From a virus, in the IMG/VR virus record IMGVR_UViG_3300024054_000008, positions 118,740-182,739 of that record: a stretch of DNA of 64,000 nt; one strand, written 5' to 3'. A program made the position numbers and the translations under genes. How positions within the stretch are numbered: the stretch's first letter is position 1; every line of letters begins with the position of its first letter. Positions 59,744 to 64,000 of this stretch are shown piece by piece. The notes beneath the pieces are model-generated. The model had not been told where the DNA came from, did no database searches, and saw nothing but the letters and a program-made list of their open reading frames with translations.

Positions 59744-60334
59744 GTGAAAGATTTCGGAAAATTTTCCGCCAAAACTAGTCGTGCTGATGTGCCCGAGAAG
59801 AACAATTACGCTAAAAATTTTGATAATACTTATAAATCTATGTTTGAGAGTCAAAGGAGACTCCTGTTGGAATTTCTGAATTCAGTTGAAAAGTTACAAT
59901 TCATAATTAATGACACCGGAAAATTTATTGGCGGGCAGAATAAATTTTTCGTTAGTTTTACTTTTCAAGACGCACATATTATTTTTAGAATTGGTGTAAA
60001 TTATAAAGAACGATTGATTTATGTTTACAAACAACATATTGTTGAACAAATTTTAAAAATAAATTGGTCCAACCAAAACATTCAATCATATTATTTTGTT
60101 AATGAACTCCAAAAAGAAATTTCTAAATTTATTGATTTTCTTGCTGAAAAAATTACTGAATTTGTCAATAGTGAAGATTTTAAAAATAAATTTGAAAAAT
60201 TCATAGAATCATATTATAGAGAAAGAACCATTGAATTTATAAAATTTTTAGATGATATTGGTCAACCATTTGATGGAGAACGCTTTTTAAACATACTAAA
60301 TGAAATTAAAAGTGAAGAGGTTTTAAAGTCATGA
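59744..60334 (+). CDS. AT-rich paralog family member, tag (SEEVLKS)
   Basis: C-terminal third similar to 60331..60888. Confidence 0.75.
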   Translation: MKDFGKFSAKTSRADVPEKNNYAKNFDNTYKSMFESQRRLLLEFLNSVEKLQFIINDTGKFIGGQNKFFVSFTFQDAHIIFRIGVNYKERLIYVYKQHIVEQILKINWSNQNIQSYYFVNELQKEISKFIDFLAEKITEFVNSEDFKNKFEKFIESYYRERTIEFIKFLDDIGQPFDGERFLNILNEIKSEEVLKS

Positions 60335-60888
60335 ATTTTGGAAAATTTCATTTCAAAGATGAGCCTATGAAATTCAAATTTTCTGATTCATATTTGAGAA
60401 CTGAATCTTACGAGGATAAGAGAGAGCTTGTAAAGAGTTTTTTTGAAAATGGAAAATCTTTAGACTCCATTATGTTCAATTTCCATGGAGAGGTATTGCT
60501 TGTTAAAATTAATGCAATTGGATTTTACGTCAATGTTTCGTTCAAAGAATGTTCGTTGCAGATGACTGACGCTGTTGAAGGTATTATTTTGAGTAGATGG
60601 GCTGACCCAACAGGAACGATCAAACCTAATAAGAGACTGGTTGCAGAAATTTCTGCTGAATTTCAAAAAGAGATTGATGATTTTCAAAAATGGCTTGCAA
60701 ATGAAATTACTATCTTTTTAAACAGTGATGAATTTGAAAAGTTATTGAATGACTTCCTACAAGATTCTTGCAAGAATCTGATTTCAGAATTATCTTATAA
60801 ATTTGAAATTTACGGTTTGAAACTCGAAAATGAATATCTTCTGGAAATACTTAATGAAGTTAAGAGTGAAGAAGTGATTGGATCATGA
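60331..60888 (+). CDS. AT-rich paralog family member, tag (SEEVIGS)
   Basis: EIDDFQKWLANEITIFLNSDEF...LEILNEVKSEEVIGS. Confidence 0.75.
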   Translation: MNFGKFHFKDEPMKFKFSDSYLRTESYEDKRELVKSFFENGKSLDSIMFNFHGEVLLVKINAIGFYVNVSFKECSLQMTDAVEGIILSRWADPTGTIKPNKRLVAEISAEFQKEIDDFQKWLANEITIFLNSDEFEKLLNDFLQDSCKNLISELSYKFEIYGLKLENEYLLEILNEVKSEEVIGS

Positions 60889-61493
60889 TCGACGTGACTG
60901 AGGAAGTTGCTAAGAAACTTAGAGAGCAAGACTTATACAAAGAACTGTATGCTTTAGTTGAAAACCATTTAAATGATGTTACGTTTTATCCTGAAAATTA
61001 TTTGGTTGAATTTGAATTTTGGAACGAAGGGTCTGAAGTTTGGTTGAATTTGATTTGCGTTGAATTTAAATTTTCAAGAAATTCAAACTACAGATGTTGT
61101 GTTGCCGTAAATTTTGGTGGACAAAAATTTGCTTGGCGTCGAGATGTTGATGATTTTAACCCTGAAACCTCGAAAATTTTCAACTTACAAGATATTCCGA
61201 ATTTCAAAAATGTATATCAGCAACTTGCCTCTGCTAATCATGACATCCATTATTTATATCATAACTTCCTCGAAGGTGAGTTTGAACCACTTTTGAATGA
61301 ATTTTATGATAAATGTGTTAAAGAGGCCAAAAATTTTTACGATTCTGAACGGGGACAAAAAGCTATCAAGGATTGGAAAGTCAGAAAAGCTGAAAATTTC
61401 ATTTGGTCTATCAATAATGTCCAACCAACAGATTGTGAAGAATTTTATAAAATGATCAATGAAGCTTTTACCAAAGAAGTTATAAAGGAATAA
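60885..61493 (+). CDS. AT-rich hypothetical protein, tag (TKEVIKE)
   Basis: EEFYKMINEAFTKEVIKE. Confidence 0.75.
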   Translation: MIDVTEEVAKKLREQDLYKELYALVENHLNDVTFYPENYLVEFEFWNEGSEVWLNLICVEFKFSRNSNYRCCVAVNFGGQKFAWRRDVDDFNPETSKIFNLQDIPNFKNVYQQLASANHDIHYLYHNFLEGEFEPLLNEFYDKCVKEAKNFYDSERGQKAIKDWKVRKAENFIWSINNVQPTDCEEFYKMINEAFTKEVIKE

Positions 61494-61600
61494 TTTGTAA
61501 TAGGTTTATAATTTCCCTCAAATTATTCTGAAATATATGCCATATATTTGTGAAATTTACCTTATATATTTTTAAGTTGTAATATATTTCAGGATATTTT

Positions 61601-61828
61601 ATGTCAAGAAATAAAACAAAAAATCATAGACGAAAAAGAAAACTTAAAACAGCAATAAGAAGGTCTAAAGCTAAAATTCTTAGAATTTACTCGGACATGA
61701 TCAGATTTCGTCAAAATAAACCGCCTGACAATCTTATTAAGTTGGTTAATTTTGTTCAGCGTGAAGACCCAAAATTTGAAAATGAAATACTTGAACAAAT
61801 AAAAACTATGGAAATTATTTATTCATGA
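61601..61828 (+). CDS. Basic small protein, tag (TMEIIYS)
   Basis: Arg/Lys-rich N-terminus; signature. Confidence 0.65.
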   Translation: MSRNKTKNHRRKRKLKTAIRRSKAKILRIYSDMIRFRQNKPPDNLIKLVNFVQREDPKFENEILEQIKTMEIIYS

Positions 61829-62064
61829 AAATTAAACTAATCAAACGGTCTAAACGAGTCGCCAAACCGGCCAAACGGTCCAAACGGGTCGCTAAAAGAA
61901 GAAAACGCAAAATAAATCGTTTGAAATCTGAAATATTTAAATTGAGAACAAACCCGTTTGCGTTTAAAAATGCCATTTTGGAAAGAGCAGAGGAAATAAT
62001 TTCACTTGATAAAAACAACTTATTTGCTAATGAATTGATAACAGATCATCTTTTGGATAGCTAG
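61825..62064 (+). CDS. Basic small protein, tag (TDHLLDS)
   Basis: Duplicated KRSKRVAK; signature. Confidence 0.65.
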   Translation: MKIKLIKRSKRVAKPAKRSKRVAKRRKRKINRLKSEIFKLRTNPFAFKNAILERAEEIISLDKNNLFANELITDHLLDS

Positions 62065-62468
62065 CGCTTTAACAAATTTTCTGTTTTAGCTTCATCAAGT
62101 GAAGCCTTGAATTGTTCAGTTGAAATTATTCCAGACTTATGTTCAGATTTATTGCCTTCAATGAAATTTTCAAACCCATTAAAAACTTTGTTTTCATCTT
62201 CATCCATAATATCTGAAGCAACCCCATCAGCTGTGAATATGTTTTCGATCAACTTATCCATACTTTTGGTGTCACTTAAATTATCATCATCATTGAATAT
62301 TTCTTGGAGCTTATCAGATTTTGATTTATTCAAATGATGTTGTTCGATTAATTTGTATTTATAAGACTTTATCAAATATTTTATAGCTTGCTCACGATTT
62401 TTTAACTTATGAATTGAAATAATTTCATTTAATATTTGAAGCTCGGCTGCCGAAAGCGAAATTTTCAT
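62061..62468 (-). CDS. Possible ribbon-helix-helix protein, tag (TENLLKR)
   Basis: MKISLSAAELQILNEI....KNREQAIKYLI; signature. Confidence 0.65.
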   Translation of the reverse strand: MKISLSAAELQILNEIISIHKLKNREQAIKYLIKSYKYKLIEQHHLNKSKSDKLQEIFNDDDNLSDTKSMDKLIENIFTADGVASDIMDEDENKVFNGFENFIEGNKSEHKSGIISTEQFKASLDEAKTENLLKR

Positions 62469-62688
62469 ATCTCACATTACTTTGAATACTCCTCATATAA
62501 AATTACACTGAAATGATTTCAGTTGAAATATATCAAGCACAAACCAAAAAGAACTGAAGGCCAAAAAGGAAGCCGAAACCAAATTATGAACATATGCGAA
62601 AGATCCCAAAAAAGAAAAGAACGAAAAGCGAGAAGGTTTAACGACTTTGGTTGGGAAAGATTCATAAAATCTTGGGCTGGTAAAGCCT

Positions 62689-62721
62689 AATAGGAAAAAT
62701 CTTGGATAGGAAAAATCTTGG
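62689..62721 (+). repeat. 16-bp tandem repeat taggaaaaatcttgga x2
   Basis: Direct reading in an intergenic region. Confidence 0.8.
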
Positions 62722-62841
62722 AAAGAATAGAAAAAGTTTCACGATCTCGATAGAAGTTTCCCATGAAATTTTGTTATTTGTACTTGGCCAGCAATTTCTT
62801 TGTAAATGTCCCAATTTAGTTAACGGACTGATAGACTAGTT

Positions 62842-63171
62842 TCATACTTCATTCAAACCAACGCCAAAGGCTTCCTGTACAACATCATTAACAAGTTTCC
62901 AGTCGTCCGGGTCAATTGGCCAATCAGGTATTTCAAAATCTGATCCATCTTTAGTTGGACTACCAGCCAAATCGTATTCCTTTACAAAACCGTTACAATT
63001 AACTCTAACCCGGTTTCCATCAAGAACAGTAACGGAACTATAATCAGAAGTTTCTTCATAATCCTCACTAACGTTGCTCCATTCGACTCTTAGCTGTTCC
63101 ATATTGGCTGATACAATTTTAGAACTAACATTTGCAACACGAATTGCCACTTTTCTAAAGTTCATATCCAA
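62842..63171 (-). CDS. Acidic protein with basic helical N-terminal motif
   Basis: MDMNFRKVAIRVANVSS start. Confidence 0.7.
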   Translation of the reverse strand: MDMNFRKVAIRVANVSSKIVSANMEQLRVEWSNVSEDYEETSDYSSVTVLDGNRVRVNCNGFVKEYDLAGSPTKDGSDFEIPDWPIDPDDWKLVNDVVQEAFGVGLNEV

Positions 63172-63240
63172 TCAATTACATTAAAATTTCGGAACAATAG
63201 CTCCGCAAATCCAATCATTCGTTTTGTAAGTTAATTAGTC

Positions 63241-63483
63241 ATGATTTCTGTGAAATCTAAATTAGAAAAGCTCCTAACTAAAAATAATTTCAGTTCAATT
63301 TCACAAACATCTTGGTCAAAGAAGACACCACAAGGTCATAATCTAACCGTCACTCTATCGGATAAAATTCATCTCGAATGGCGTGATCGTGCCGGATTAA
63401 AAGAGGGCTGGATACAACAAACCTTTTCCTACACTTCATACGGTCTCAGAAAATTTTCGTCAATTCTGATGTCACTTTTGTAA
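63241..63483 (+). CDS. Small hypothetical protein
   Basis: ORF. Confidence 0.55.
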   Translation: MISVKSKLEKLLTKNNFSSISQTSWSKKTPQGHNLTVTLSDKIHLEWRDRAGLKEGWIQQTFSYTSYGLRKFSSILMSLL

Positions 63484-63492
63484 TTTTCACAA

Positions 63493-63693
63493 ATGACACT
63501 CTTTGAATATGTTTTTGGCAGCAAAACCTACGCCATCTCCGTCAACGTCTTTGGCGTCCCAATACCAATGGGTTTCTACCAACGTTGGTTTCCCGCGTCT
63601 TTCCGACGTTGGTTGGTTAAACGAAATTTAAAATCCAGGAAACTCCACAAAAATAATTTTAAAGACGGACATCATGACAAACCTTCCAGATAA
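63493..63693 (+). CDS. Small hypothetical protein
   Basis: ORF. Confidence 0.45.
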   Translation: MTLFEYVFGSKTYAISVNVFGVPIPMGFYQRWFPASFRRWLVKRNLKSRKLHKNNFKDGHHDKPSR

Positions 63694-63744
63694 TATAGAA
63701 ATTGCCAACACCATCATCAACGGACGGCCGGAAACGGACGAGCT

Positions 63745-63963
63745 GCGAAAGGCGGTGGGGAAGTGACGACGCAACGCGAAGCCTTCGTGATCCAGCCGGT
63801 GTGCTCGCGCTGTCACGTCAAGAATCGCGAAGTCGTTATCTTCCTATCCACCAACGACCCGAAGCGCGCGGGCCGTCCTGGTGCCGGGCGTTACGTTCGG
63901 CTCTGCGAGTCGTGCGTGCGATCTCTGCTGTCAGAGTTTTCGCGAAAGGCGGTGGGGAAGTGA
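63745..63963 (+). repeat. 22-bp perfect direct repeat (63745-63766 and 63942-63963)
   Basis: gcgaaaggcggtggggaagtga. Confidence 0.9.
63763..63963 (+). CDS. Small GC-rich zinc-finger protein
   Basis: CSRC, CESC; GTG start inside a repeat. Confidence 0.65.
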   Translation: MTTQREAFVIQPVCSRCHVKNREVVIFLSTNDPKRAGRPGAGRYVRLCESCVRSLLSEFSRKAVGK

Positions 63964-64000
63964 AACTCAAAGAGATTGCCGCATCCCAGCCCCAGCAGGT

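Noticed and set aside
281-62468. C-terminal tag as merely a by-product of SD (GAGGT = E-V) plus TCATGA overlap
   Set aside because: This may explain E/V at -5/-4 and the terminal Ser in coupled genes, but not T/S/A at -7 or the hydrophobic -3. The tag also occurs without a coupled gene (26437, 29607, 41678, 57009, 60885) and with non-SD codons. Kept as a control, not as the explanation.
1-64000. CRISPR array
   Set aside because: No regularly spaced 25-45 bp repeats with unique spacers; the repeats found are pairs, hairpins or a microsatellite, and no cas-like ORFs are present.
1-64000. Stop-codon reassignment (code 15 or 4) as in some large phages
   Set aside because: Recognisable genes are intact in code 11, and TAA, TAG and TGA all terminate genes at sensible positions.

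Overview
Gene-dense fragment (about 130 probable CDS) of what looks like a large (jumbo-type) phage genome; the phage call is inferred, as no capsid, terminase or polymerase gene is in the window. Recognisable genes: two paralogous virion/tail-like proteins, a SAM methyltransferase next to a CoaB/class II aldolase fusion, an ART-like protein, a CX5R phosphatase, TilS, a nucleotidyltransferase, a PD-(D/E)XK endonuclease, a receiver-like protein plus a metallophosphoesterase, a SWIM-fused ATP-dependent DNA ligase, a LAGLIDADG endonuclease, a broken HNH gene, MoxR ATPase plus metallopeptidase-VWA, a lipoprotein plus C1 peptidase, BRCT, and DUF6011- and DUF6166-like proteins. RNA genes: 10 tRNAs, two with ORF-less group I introns (Leu-UAA; probably Lys-UUU) and one with a CAU anticodon on a class II Leu-like body, plus two tRNA-like NCCA-ending ncRNA candidates. 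Two window-wide patterns are not explained by gene families. (1) 44 otherwise unrelated small or medium proteins (about 50 with near matches) end in one 7-residue C-terminal signature, [T/S/A]-x-x-[V/I/L]-[V/I/L/M]-x-x-COOH (typically TxEVLES), after an amphipathic acidic helix: a candidate shared targeting or docking tag. (2) About 36 copies of an ECF-sigma-like promoter, yGvA(A/G)n-N15-CGTA, mostly followed by GGAGGT, head GC-rich gene blocks in an otherwise AT-rich mosaic. No CRISPR array, rRNA, integrase or reverse transcriptase was seen.
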